Shown here piece after piece: positions 18,428 to 27,575 of a stretch of DNA of 52,626 nucleotides. A model generated the notes under the pieces. That model saw nothing but the letters and a program-made list of their open reading frames with translations, did not search any database and was not told where the DNA came from. Source of the DNA: an uncultured Gammaproteobacteria bacterium (GTDB taxonomy: Bacteria > Patescibacteriota > Patescibacteriia > Patescibacteriales > UBA12465); NCBI GenBank assembly GCA_964616855.1, contig CAZTUJ010000006.1:1-52626 (forward strand), written 5' to 3'. The translations under genes and the position numbers were made by a program. Positions within the stretch are counted from its first letter, which is position 1. Each line of letters opens with the position of its first letter.

Positions 18428-19027
18428 ATGAAGGCAATTTATTCACAAATTCTCAACCTCGCCCGACCCTATTATGAAAAAGGGCGTATTTATGATTTAG
18501 ACCAAATTGATTGGATGATTAAAAAAGCAAAATCACTAGCCAATAAATTAAATCTGGACCAAGATATTCTCATGCCTCTCATCATCTTACATGATGTCGG
18601 CTATGCTTTCGTCGATGAAAAGAATCCTCACATCAAAAGCCAAGAAATAAAAAGAATTCATTTACGGGAAGGAACTAAAATAGCTAAAGAAATTTTGGAA
18701 AGTGTTAAGTATCCCCCGCAATTGTCTGAACAAATTGTGCATTTAGTTTCCGTCCACGACAATTGGGTCTTCGGTGATGATGAACCCTATAAAAAATCCC
18801 GGCTTCTCTCCTTTTTTAACGATCTAGACTTCCTCTACGCTCAAGCCAGCTACGAATCCTTCCAACATCACGGAGCCTCCATGGGCATACCAGTCGAGTC
18901 GATGTATGACTTCTGGCTAAATGATGAAAAATTAATAAGACGGCCCTTTTGCTGCCCAGAAACAGCATTGATGTTTCAAAAACTAATGGCAGAACGAAAA
19001 AAAGAGCTGGATGAGCTTAAAAAATAA
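18428..19027 (+). CDS. HD-domain protein
   Basis: ILHDVG...HLREG...HD...DLD; ATG 18428 preferred over the overlapping TTG start. Confidence 0.75.
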   Translation: MKAIYSQILNLARPYYEKGRIYDLDQIDWMIKKAKSLANKLNLDQDILMPLIILHDVGYAFVDEKNPHIKSQEIKRIHLREGTKIAKEILESVKYPPQLSEQIVHLVSVHDNWVFGDDEPYKKSRLLSFFNDLDFLYAQASYESFQHHGASMGIPVESMYDFWLNDEKLIRRPFCCPETALMFQKLMAERKKELDELKK

Positions 19028-19040
19028 TTATTAAAATTTT

Positions 19041-19358
19041 ATGAAAAACTCTACTCTTATCCGCTGGGGTATAACCCATGCCGTCGGTGTCCTTATTTAC
19101 GTTATCCTGCTAGCCACTTTCTTTAATCAAGCCAACGGCTGGTTCGGAGAAGAAGATAAAGATATTATCACGCCGGTAGCGGCCATCATGCTCTTTATCT
19201 TTTCCGCCCTCTTAACGGGAGGCTTAGTCCTAGCTAAACCAATCATGCTCTACATTGACGGCCAAAAGAAGGATGGATTTAAACTCTTGCTATTTACCGG
19301 TATCAGCATGTTTGTCCTGACTATATTAGCCTTTAGTGTCTTGTTAATAGTGAAATAA
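19041..19358 (+). CDS. Three-TM membrane protein
   Basis: Three hydrophobic helices. Confidence 0.65.
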   Translation: MKNSTLIRWGITHAVGVLIYVILLATFFNQANGWFGEEDKDIITPVAAIMLFIFSALLTGGLVLAKPIMLYIDGQKKDGFKLLLFTGISMFVLTILAFSVLLIVK

Positions 19359-19360
19359 AT

Positions 19361-20035
19361 ATGAAACTGACGAACCGTAATATTTGGTTTGGAATCTCCG
19401 AAAAAAAAGATGGTCCGATTAAATACTCGGAAGAAAATCGTCTTTTATTTTTTAAAAACAACAACTTAGCCCAGAAAGTTATTATCTCCGCGGGTTTAGT
19501 CGATGGCAATCAAATAACCATTGTTGATGGCCTTAGAGACAGCCAAATCATTCCCAACTGCGATGCCTTAATTAGTAGCCAAGAAGAGCAGCTCCTGACA
19601 ATTACCGTGGCCGACTGTCTGCCTATATATTTTTATGATGCTCAGAAAAAGGTAGTTGCCTTAGCGCATGCCGGCTGGCGCGGCGTTCTTTCCCTGATAG
19701 CGCCCCAGGTGATTGAGAAAATGAAAGAACACTATCATTCTCAAGCTGACGACATTATAGTAATTATTGGTCCCCATATCCAAGCCTGCCATTTTGAAGT
19801 AAAAAACGATGTAGCCAGACAATTTAAAGATAAAAATTTGACTATTAAAGATGGAAAAACTTTCATTAATCTCGCCCAAGTTGTTAGTGACCAGTTAATC
19901 CAGGCCCAAGTGCCAATAGCTAACATTAAAGTCAGTTCAGAATGCACCTATTGCCTATCTGACAAATATTTTTCCTATCGCCGCGACCGAAAACCAGAAC
20001 TAGAAACAATGATTGCCTATATTGGATTAAAATAA
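19361..20035 (+). CDS. pgeF: YfiH/PgeF family protein (laccase domain, purine nucleoside phosphorylase)
   Basis: TVADCLPI, AHAGWRG, IGPHI, CT...FSYRR. Confidence 0.88.
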   Translation: MKLTNRNIWFGISEKKDGPIKYSEENRLLFFKNNNLAQKVIISAGLVDGNQITIVDGLRDSQIIPNCDALISSQEEQLLTITVADCLPIYFYDAQKKVVALAHAGWRGVLSLIAPQVIEKMKEHYHSQADDIIVIIGPHIQACHFEVKNDVARQFKDKNLTIKDGKTFINLAQVVSDQLIQAQVPIANIKVSSECTYCLSDKYFSYRRDRKPELETMIAYIGLK

Positions 20036-20065
20036 ACGCCTAAATATATTATTAAATAAATCACT

Positions 20066-21508
20066 ATGATTAATCAGCAACTGTCAGACTACATTAAAGA
20101 ACTCCTTGCCCAAGGAACGGCCAAAGAAAAAATTTCTGAATCCCTGCTAGCCGCCGGCTGGGACAAAAAGGATGTCGAGGAGGCCTTAAAAAGCTTTTCC
20201 GAAGAAAAAGCTCTGATTGCCCCCGAAGCTCTCCCCCTCTTGGCTACGACTAAAACTTCAAAATCCCCCGTTAAAATGAAGGCAATTATTATCATGGTGC
20301 TCCTTGGCGTTCTTGTCTTGGGCGGCGGCGCTTTTGCCTATTACCGCTTTCTCTGGATGACTCCAAAAAAAGTGATGGCAAAAATGATGCAAAACCTGGA
20401 AACGGTTAAAACTTTTGAATATTCCGGCCAAGCAGATATTTCCTTTATTCCCGAATCAAAGGCGGTAGAATTTCCTGCTGTTAACGCTATCACCGCCAGC
20501 GTCTATCAAAATACCGATGAAGTCAAAGTAAAAATAGATTTTAGCGGGATAAATGATGCCAGTAATTCTGCTGAACAAAAAGGAAAGTTCTCAATAAAAA
20601 TAAATTCTGAGCAAAAAGGAGAAAAAATTTCCTTAGGCCTAGAAACAATTAGTTTAGAAAAAATTGTCTATCTTAAAATCACTGAACTACCGGACTTAGG
20701 ATTAATTAACCTTGATTCCCTCCAAAAAGAGTGGATAAAAATAGACATAGAAGCGTTAAAAAAGGAAAATAGTCTGATAGACATGGAAATTGCGTCTTCT
20801 TCTGTCTTGGAAGCAAAAAAAGAAAAGCTAACAGCACTGCTTAACAGTAAAGATTTTTTCCAGATCGGCGAAGAGTTTGATGATGAAGTAATTGATGGTA
20901 ACGATAGCTATCATTATCGTCTAGATATCAGCCAGGAAAACCAATACAATTTTACTGTCGCTTTATTGGATATAATATATGAAGATGGAGTTGATGATGG
21001 CTCTAAGGCTGACATAAGAGAATCTTTAAACAAAAAAAACTTTCCAGGCATACATTTGTGGGTTAGTAAAAAAGATTACCTGCCCACAAAAATATCTTTT
21101 GCCAACACCACCAAAGATGACGCCGGGAAAATAATCGGCAAAATTGATTTATCTTTATTTTTTAAAAACTATAATCAAACAGTCAAGGTGGAGGCGCCCG
21201 AGTCCTCAAAAAGCTTCCAAGAAATATTTTCCGAAATTTTTGGCAGTCTAATGGCCGAAGAGGCTGACCAGGTTTATTGGCAAGATGACGAAATGTTTAC
21301 CGAAGAGACCGGTCAGGAAGACTCAATAGATGCCATGTTTAGCGACACAGATTCTGATGGTGACGGTTTAAGCGACCAAGAAGAAATGTTCTTAGGGACC
21401 GACATTAATAAAGCCGATACTGATGACGATGGCTACCCGGACGGAGCAGAAATTGAAGCCGGCTATAACCCCCTAGGAGAAGGAAAGTTCATGATGCCTA
21501 CGGAATAA
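20066..21508 (+). CDS. Single-pass membrane protein with C-terminal DxDxDG Ca-binding repeat
   Basis: N-terminal YIK...LLAAGW helical domain, TM, beta-rich ectodomain, DTDSDGDGLSD...DTDDDGYPD. Confidence 0.7.
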   Translation: MINQQLSDYIKELLAQGTAKEKISESLLAAGWDKKDVEEALKSFSEEKALIAPEALPLLATTKTSKSPVKMKAIIIMVLLGVLVLGGGAFAYYRFLWMTPKKVMAKMMQNLETVKTFEYSGQADISFIPESKAVEFPAVNAITASVYQNTDEVKVKIDFSGINDASNSAEQKGKFSIKINSEQKGEKISLGLETISLEKIVYLKITELPDLGLINLDSLQKEWIKIDIEALKKENSLIDMEIASSSVLEAKKEKLTALLNSKDFFQIGEEFDDEVIDGNDSYHYRLDISQENQYNFTVALLDIIYEDGVDDGSKADIRESLNKKNFPGIHLWVSKKDYLPTKISFANTTKDDAGKIIGKIDLSLFFKNYNQTVKVEAPESSKSFQEIFSEIFGSLMAEEADQVYWQDDEMFTEETGQEDSIDAMFSDTDSDGDGLSDQEEMFLGTDINKADTDDDGYPDGAEIEAGYNPLGEGKFMMPTE

Positions 21509-21524
21509 CAATAACCAAATATTC

Positions 21525-21555
21525 CAAAAAATAGAGCCTAAGGCTCTATTTTTTG
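21525..21555 (+). terminator. Intrinsic terminator
   Basis: CAAAAAATAGAGCCT/AGGCTCTATTTTTTG inverted repeat. Confidence 0.75.
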
Positions 21556-21606
21556 TAGTTGCTCTCTATTGCCAGCTATCGCCCCCTCTTGTTATCATTA
21601 AAGCAT

Positions 21607-22533
21607 ATGAAAACCACCCTAGTTACCTGCTATGTTAATCCTGACCTCGACGGCGTCGCTGGGGCCATTGGCTATGCCGAATTCTTAACCAAAAGCGGCC
21701 AGGTCGCCCAAGTCGGCATTATTGGCGATATCCACGAAGAAGCCCGCTATGTCTTTGACCGCTTTCATTTCCCCCATCCATCGACTTTAGCCTCAAGTGA
21801 AGGTTATGAACAGATAATTTTGGTTGATGCCAGCGACTTAAACGGCCTAGAAGGCAAAATTGACCCCCAAAAGGTCATTGAAGTTATTGATCATCGCCAA
21901 GTACATGAAGCCGATAAGTTTCCTCAAGCAAAAATTCAGATAGAACTAGTGGGTGCAGCCGCCACCTTGATTGCCGAAAAATTTATGCAAGCCAAGCTGC
22001 CTATTTCCCAAGAAGCCGCCACCTTAATTTACAGCGCCATCATCTCCAATACTTTAAACTTCAAAGCCCCGGTAACTACCGACCGTGACCGTCAAGCTGC
22101 CACCTGGTTAAATCAGACAGCCAAACTTGGTGATAACTTCTGGAAAGAACTATTTATCGCCAAATCTGATTTGAGCGGAGAAAAGTTAGAAGAAAGAATT
22201 CGCGGCGACTTTGCTTGGTTTGAATTCAGTGGCAAAAAACTAGGGATTGCTCAAATTGAGATAATTGGCGCCACTACTTTAATAGCGCAGAGAGAAGCAG
22301 AGATTATAGACATACTAAAACAATTAAAAAAAGAATTGGGGTTAGATTTCATCTTTCAAAATACTATTGAGCTGGAAGAGGGAAAAAATTTTTTAGTGAC
22401 GGCCGATGAAGACAGTAAAAAGCTCTTAATAGCTACACTCAATCTTGAATTTAAGGGCCAAACCGCTATCCGCCCCGAATTAATTATGCGCAAACAAATT
22501 GTACCAATAATTAAAGCCTATTTAGAAAAATAA
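21607..22533 (+). CDS. ppaC: Family II (DHH) Mn-dependent inorganic pyrophosphatase
   Basis: NPDLDG, ILVD, VIDHR, VGAAAT, C-terminal MRKQIVP; ATG 21607. Confidence 0.8.
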   Translation: MKTTLVTCYVNPDLDGVAGAIGYAEFLTKSGQVAQVGIIGDIHEEARYVFDRFHFPHPSTLASSEGYEQIILVDASDLNGLEGKIDPQKVIEVIDHRQVHEADKFPQAKIQIELVGAAATLIAEKFMQAKLPISQEAATLIYSAIISNTLNFKAPVTTDRDRQAATWLNQTAKLGDNFWKELFIAKSDLSGEKLEERIRGDFAWFEFSGKKLGIAQIEIIGATTLIAQREAEIIDILKQLKKELGLDFIFQNTIELEEGKNFLVTADEDSKKLLIATLNLEFKGQTAIRPELIMRKQIVPIIKAYLEK

Positions 22534-22534
22534 T

Positions 22535-23128
22535 ATGACCAAATATATTTTAAATTCCGGCGGACTAAAAGATAAGACAGAAAAAGCTAAAATATTTAAT
22601 CTCGAGATTATTAAAGGCTTAGGACATAAACCCCGAATACTCTTCTGTCATTTTGCCCAGCCCCGAGAATCTTGGGAAGAAAAGTTTCAACTCTATTCCC
22701 AACGCTTCTTAGACTCCATGCCCGGCGATATCCAGGCGGAGGTAGCCTTAGCTTTCCCCGATAAATTTGTCGACCAAGTCCAAAACAGCGATGCTATCAT
22801 TATTCATGGTGGTGATGACGACTTATTACTCGCCCGCCTTAAACAATATAATCTTCCCGCTCTCTGGGAAGGAAAAGTGGTGGCCGGTAGCTCTGCTGGC
22901 TCCGATGCCTTGGTAAAATATTTCTGGACCTGCGACTGGCGCCAAGTAAAAGAGGGTTTAGGAATATTACCTCTCAAATTCATCCCTCACTACCAGTCAA
23001 ACTATGGAATTGATAGCCCCCGAGGACCGATTGACTGGAAAAAAGCCTATCAGGAATTGGATAATTACGGAGAAAAACTGCCAATCCATACACCGCCGGA
23101 AGGTGACTATATTATTATTGAACAATAG
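22535..23128 (+). CDS. Peptidase S51 (dipeptidase E-like) protein
   Basis: HGGD, GSSAG nucleophile elbow, PHY. Confidence 0.75.
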   Translation: MTKYILNSGGLKDKTEKAKIFNLEIIKGLGHKPRILFCHFAQPRESWEEKFQLYSQRFLDSMPGDIQAEVALAFPDKFVDQVQNSDAIIIHGGDDDLLLARLKQYNLPALWEGKVVAGSSAGSDALVKYFWTCDWRQVKEGLGILPLKFIPHYQSNYGIDSPRGPIDWKKAYQELDNYGEKLPIHTPPEGDYIIIEQ

Positions 23129-23196
23129 ATTAAAAAAGACGCGCCTTTAAAGCCCTTGTTTCTCGTGGTATAATTAAGGAAACTAACTATAAAACT

Positions 23197-23877
23197 ATGA
23201 AAAAACATCAACTTTATTTAGTCACCGGCTTTTTGGGTCTTGCTCTACTTCTAACAGGCTGCGGCCAAAAAGGGACGAAGGAGGAAACTTCGGAAATAAA
23301 AACCGAGAACAAGGCTCAAGAGGAATCATATTTCTCTGAAAAAGTGGCCGACATGTTTAAAAAAGGACAGCCCTTAGAATGCCGCACAGAAATGGAAAAT
23401 GAAGAAGGCACGGTAACGGCTGTCTATTACTTCGACAATAGCAATGAACGTCTGCGAGCTGATATGAAAATGGTGAATAAAGAAAACGGCATGACTATTA
23501 ATACTGTCAGCATCACTAAAGACGGCTGGGACTATTTCTGGGACGACTTAATGAATAAAGACGGTATTAAATTAAAAATTGAGGGCACGGAAGCGGAGGC
23601 AAAAGCCGAAGCTAATGCCGAAGCTCCCATCGATAGAGAAGAAAAATTTGAATTCCGTTGCCGCCCTTGGCAAGTTGATGCCAGTAAATTTGAATTGCCA
23701 GCGGACAAGAGTTTCCAAGATATTTCCAACTTAGGACAAATTAATAGCGCCATTCCAACTGCCACTGGTAATAATAACTCAGTAGAAATGTCTGGCAGCA
23801 TCCCTGATGTCTGCTCCTTTTGCGGCATGTTACCAGAAGGACCCGAAAAAGAAGAATGTCTGAGCTCTTGCCAATAA
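23197..23877 (+). CDS. Lipoprotein with C-terminal Cys-rich tail
   Basis: Lipobox LTGC; CSFC...CLSSC tail; TGGTATAAT upstream. Confidence 0.75.
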   Translation: MKKHQLYLVTGFLGLALLLTGCGQKGTKEETSEIKTENKAQEESYFSEKVADMFKKGQPLECRTEMENEEGTVTAVYYFDNSNERLRADMKMVNKENGMTINTVSITKDGWDYFWDDLMNKDGIKLKIEGTEAEAKAEANAEAPIDREEKFEFRCRPWQVDASKFELPADKSFQDISNLGQINSAIPTATGNNNSVEMSGSIPDVCSFCGMLPEGPEKEECLSSCQ

Positions 23878-23891
23878 TTATAGCTAAGAAT

Positions 23892-23928
23892 AACAAACGC
23901 GCTTAATTAATAAAAAGGCGCGTTTGTT
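23892..23928 (+). terminator. Hairpin/terminator
   Basis: AACAAACGCGC/GCGCGTTTGTT. Confidence 0.6.
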
Positions 23929-23942
23929 CTAAATATAAAATT

Positions 23943-24338
23943 ATGAAAACTATCCTAGTCGATGCCGTTAATACCTTAATCATCGAAGGTCAAGGAGTAT
24001 TTGCGGAAATGCACAAACTTTTAGAGACTTTTCCTAATCAGAAAATTATTCTCACTAACGCTAACGATGAACAAATGATTCAATTTGGCTTAGATAAAGC
24101 CCCTTATCAAGTTTTCAGTTTGAAACACAATCCAGATAAAACTGACCCCAAATATTACGAGATAATGTTGGAAACTTTAAATTTAAACAAAGAAGAAGTA
24201 ATTTATTTTGAACATAACACCCAAGCCGTAGCTAGTGCCCGCTCTCAAGGTATTAACACCTATCACTACGACCCTGAGAAAAAAGATTTAGTAGCCTTAG
24301 CTGAGTTCTTGCAAGAAAATTCGGGGGATAAAAATTAA
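23943..24338 (+). CDS. Capless HAD-like hydrolase (divergent)
   Basis: ILVDAVNT, ILTN, K-x-DP, IYFEH. Confidence 0.65.
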   Translation: MKTILVDAVNTLIIEGQGVFAEMHKLLETFPNQKIILTNANDEQMIQFGLDKAPYQVFSLKHNPDKTDPKYYEIMLETLNLNKEEVIYFEHNTQAVASARSQGINTYHYDPEKKDLVALAEFLQENSGDKN

Positions 24339-24347
24339 ACTAATAAT

Positions 24348-24920
24348 ATGGAAACAAAAAAAGCCTACATCATCCACGGCTGGGAAGGCAATTCCCAGGG
24401 AGGTTTTCTGCCTTGGTTAAAAAAAGAATTAGAAAACAAAGGCTACCAAGTGTCAGTCCCAGACATGCCGGATACCAATACCCCTCAAATTAGTGCTTGG
24501 CTTGGAAAAATGCAGGAATTAATCGGCGCCCCCGACAAAAACACCATCCTTATCGGCCACAGTCTGGGCGGCCTCGCCATTTTACTATATTTACAATCAC
24601 TACCGCCGCAAAGTCGCGTCGGTCAAGCCGTGCTGGTGGCTAGCGTTATTGAGGAGATTAAAGACCTATCTCCTGAAGGAGCTATAATTATTAACTCCTG
24701 GCTAGAACAAGGAAAAAACTTAAACGCTAATAAGATTAAAGAAGTCTGCCCACAAATTAATGCCTTCTTCTCTGACGATGACCCCTTCATTCCCTTATCA
24801 AGCGAACAAATCGCCCGCGAGCAATTAGTGGCAATCACCGTGATTGAACACCAAAAAGGCCACTTTAACCAAGAAACTAATATTTACGAAGTGCCTGAAG
24901 TCCTGGCTATAATTATTTAG
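24348..24920 (+). CDS. RBBP9/YdeN family alpha/beta hydrolase
   Basis: IIHGW, GHSLG, SDDDP, GHF. Confidence 0.88.
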   Translation: METKKAYIIHGWEGNSQGGFLPWLKKELENKGYQVSVPDMPDTNTPQISAWLGKMQELIGAPDKNTILIGHSLGGLAILLYLQSLPPQSRVGQAVLVASVIEEIKDLSPEGAIIINSWLEQGKNLNANKIKEVCPQINAFFSDDDPFIPLSSEQIAREQLVAITVIEHQKGHFNQETNIYEVPEVLAIII

Positions 24921-24925
24921 TTTTT

Positions 24926-25546
24926 ATGAAAATAATTTTTGGCACCCAAAATCCAGCCAAGCTCCAGCAGCTGCAAAGCACACTTGCACCTCTGAATGTC
25001 GCCGTTACCGGCCTGCCTGAAGGCAATTGGCCAGAAATAGCGGAGATAGGTAAGACTGCCCTGGAAAATGCTAAAAACAAAGCCAAAAACTACGCCAATC
25101 TCCTTCATCTGCCCGTAATTTCCATGGACAATGCTCTCTATTTTGACCAACTGGCAGCTGAACAACAACCCGGTCTCCAGGTTCGGCGCCTACCGCACCA
25201 AGAAACAAGAGCTACTGATCAAGAATTAATCGCTTACTACTCTCAAATAATTGCGCCCCTAGGAAAAGAAGCGAGTGGCTACTGGGAATATGCTCTTAGT
25301 GCCTGTCATCCTGACGGCCAAGAGTATAACCTCGTGTTTCGTTCTCCTCGACGCTTCAGCGCCACTCCTTGCTCAACTATTATGGAAGGCTACCCCCTTG
25401 AATCTTTGCAACTAGAAAAAGAAACTGGTAAATATATTGCCGAAATGACGGAAATTGAAAAAGAACAATTCTGGCAAAAAAATATTGGCCAAGAAGTACA
25501 GGGCTTCATTAAATCTCTACCAAATTCTTTTTTCTTAAATAATTAA
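24926..25546 (+). CDS. Ham1/ITPase-fold non-canonical NTP pyrophosphatase (divergent)
   Basis: GTQNPAK, ENAKNKA, PGLQVRR. Confidence 0.75.
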   Translation: MKIIFGTQNPAKLQQLQSTLAPLNVAVTGLPEGNWPEIAEIGKTALENAKNKAKNYANLLHLPVISMDNALYFDQLAAEQQPGLQVRRLPHQETRATDQELIAYYSQIIAPLGKEASGYWEYALSACHPDGQEYNLVFRSPRRFSATPCSTIMEGYPLESLQLEKETGKYIAEMTEIEKEQFWQKNIGQEVQGFIKSLPNSFFLNN

Positions 25547-25550
25547 AAAT

Positions 25551-26231
25551 ATGAATAAAATAGGACTACGCCCCCAAGGTGAAGATTTTCCCCGTATCCC
25601 TCAAGATTTACAGCCGGAAATTAAAGAAGGTCGTGATCGTAAATACTCACCCGCTCAGGAAAAAATGGAAAAAACAGAAGATGAACAGCAAGCAGACATA
25701 AATAATCCCCGCCATCGCTTTAAAACCGAAGACGACCTTGTTGATGAATCATACATTAGTTATGGTGAAAAAACGGAAGAGTCGGTAGAAATCCCTGAAG
25801 ATAACGAGGAGGTAGGAGAAAATATAATGCCAGAGTCGCTTTCTTCCGGCGCTGATTATAATATCAAAGAAATTAATCCTGAAAACGAGGGCCTAATTGG
25901 AGCCGCTTCTATTTCTGGGACTGAAAAAACTATTTTAATTAACCGCGAAGCCGGAGAAATAAAATCTGAGTCAAATATCATAGATGTTAAAGAAGAAGAA
26001 AATCTGATTCGACAAGCCTTATCAGAAAAATATGAAAATCCGGAAGATGAAATTATGCCGTCTTCAAAGATAAGAGCCGCTTCTTATAAAGACTACGGCT
26101 TTGATAGTAAAATTGAACTACGTAGGAACGCCTATGGCGAAAGCCATAAGGGAGACAATCTAGCAACGATGCCAGATAAGAAAAAGCAAAAAAGTTTTAG
26201 AGGTCTGCTCCGTAACTTGATTAAAGGCTAA
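25551..26231 (+). CDS. Hypothetical acidic, probably disordered protein
   Basis: 226-aa E/D-rich ORF with a basic amphipathic C-terminus. Confidence 0.55.
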   Translation: MNKIGLRPQGEDFPRIPQDLQPEIKEGRDRKYSPAQEKMEKTEDEQQADINNPRHRFKTEDDLVDESYISYGEKTEESVEIPEDNEEVGENIMPESLSSGADYNIKEINPENEGLIGAASISGTEKTILINREAGEIKSESNIIDVKEEENLIRQALSEKYENPEDEIMPSSKIRAASYKDYGFDSKIELRRNAYGESHKGDNLATMPDKKKQKSFRGLLRNLIKG

Positions 26232-26340
26232 ATAATCTCTAAAACTAGCAAAATCTTGCCAAAACTTATATTTTTGCTATAATTATAAAAAAGGAACCGA
26301 GGAGGTTTTGTTTTAATTTTACTAAGAATGAATTAAGAAT

Positions 26341-26724
26341 ATGGACAACAAATTAGACCCGAAAATCATCGCCGAAATCAAAAAGGAATTATTGGCCAAC
26401 AAAAAAGAGATTTTAGACAATCTTGAAGATATTTCTCACAAAGATCCGCATGAAGCGGATAATTTAGGTTCTAAATTTCCAGAATATGGCGATAAACCTG
26501 ATGAGAATGCCCAAGAAATTAGCGACTATACAGCTAATTCCGCCGCGGAAAAAGTTTTAGAAAAAACTTTAGCCGATATTGAAGGCGCCCTGAAACGGAT
26601 TGAAAATGGCACCTATGGCATCTGTAAATATTGCGGGCAAGTAATCGCTCCCAAGCGTCTCCAGGCCAGACCGGTAGCCAGCGCTTGTATTGCCTGCAAG
26701 ACGGAGCTGCAAGAAAATGAATAA
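26341..26724 (+). CDS. TraR/DksA C4-type zinc-finger protein
   Basis: ALKRIENGTYGICKYCG...RLQARP...CIAC. Confidence 0.92.
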   Translation: MDNKLDPKIIAEIKKELLANKKEILDNLEDISHKDPHEADNLGSKFPEYGDKPDENAQEISDYTANSAAEKVLEKTLADIEGALKRIENGTYGICKYCGQVIAPKRLQARPVASACIACKTELQENE

Positions 26725-27259
26725 ACTTTCAACTAATAATAAAGAATGGCAAAACATAGCTGGGCTGATAGTCATAGCTATGTTTTTTATAGGCGACCGC
26801 CTCTTAAAACAACTAGCGCTGGAACAAGGCTATGGGCAAAATACCGCTATCTTGGGCGATTGGTTGCAATTTCGCCTCGTGTTTAACCCCAATATCGCCT
26901 TTTCGCTACCCTTGAGCGGTAATTTCCTCTTATCAATAGCCACCCTGATGGTAATGGGCCTATTTTTTGGCATCATTTACCTAATAATAAATAAAAAGTA
27001 CAGAAATGGCCTAATCCTACCCTTGACATTTATTTTATTTGGTGCTATAAGTAATCTACTGGACCGTTACTTATACGGCGCTGTTGTCGACTATTTCGAC
27101 TTTCGTTACTTTACAATTCTCAACCTCGCCGACACCATGATTAGTATCGGCGTCATCATAATATTCATTCAAAATATCGCAAACTCCAAAACAAACAGAT
27201 ATGAACGCTCTGGTTACAACTCTCACGAACGAAGCGAAAAAAACACCACAAATTATTGA
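26717..27259 (+). CDS. lspA: Lipoprotein signal peptidase II
   Basis: NPNIAFS, GAISNLLDR, VVDYF, NLAD; ATG 26717 coupled to the upstream stop. Confidence 0.9.
   Translation: MNKLSTNNKEWQNIAGLIVIAMFFIGDRLLKQLALEQGYGQNTAILGDWLQFRLVFNPNIAFSLPLSGNFLLSIATLMVMGLFFGIIYLIINKKYRNGLILPLTFILFGAISNLLDRYLYGAVVDYFDFRYFTILNLADTMISIGVIIIFIQNIANSKTNRYERSGYNSHERSEKNTTNY
27023..27051 (+). promoter_or_regulatory. Near-consensus promoter inside lspA
   Basis: TTGACA-17 nt-TATAAG with TG extension. Confidence 0.5.
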
Positions 27260-27509
27260 ATCTGCCCAAGCGGTGGCTAATTGCTTGTTTAAAATAACGA
27301 GCGATATAATTTTCGCAAGAGAAAGCCCGGCCAGCGCCGACGATATGACACGGCTTATAAATGAAAGCCGAAACATTATCGCTCAGAGCGCCTTAGACCC
27401 GGAAGTAAAAAAACTTCTGGAAAAAAAGTCGGACATCGATCTTCAGCGGACGTTCCGCGATGTCTACCTCAGCTTTCTGAGAATGGACAAAGGCCCAACA
27501 AGGGTCTAA
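27201..27509 (+). CDS. Hypothetical protein
   Basis: 102-aa ORF overlapping the lspA end by 59 nt, followed by a terminator. Confidence 0.55.
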   Translation: MNALVTTLTNEAKKTPQIIESAQAVANCLFKITSDIIFARESPASADDMTRLINESRNIIAQSALDPEVKKLLEKKSDIDLQRTFRDVYLSFLRMDKGPTRV

Positions 27510-27528
27510 CAATGGATATTTCGAAACC

Positions 27529-27565
27529 AAAAGCCCCCGCAGTAAACTGCGAGGGCTTGTTTTTT
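27529..27565. terminator. Bidirectional terminator
   Basis: AAGCCC-CCGCAG-TAAA-CTGCG-AGGGCTT between convergent genes. Confidence 0.7.
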
Positions 27566-27575
27566 AATCTATAAT

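Noticed and set aside
64-26231. Classical integron with attC sites
   Set aside because: Intergenic hairpins have A/T tails typical of terminators, lack RYYYAAC...GTTRRRY ends, and no intI is present.
26291-26310. GAGGAGG as ribosome-binding site of the DksA-like gene
   Set aside because: About 35 nt from the ATG, too far for an SD; it lies in a weak hairpin.
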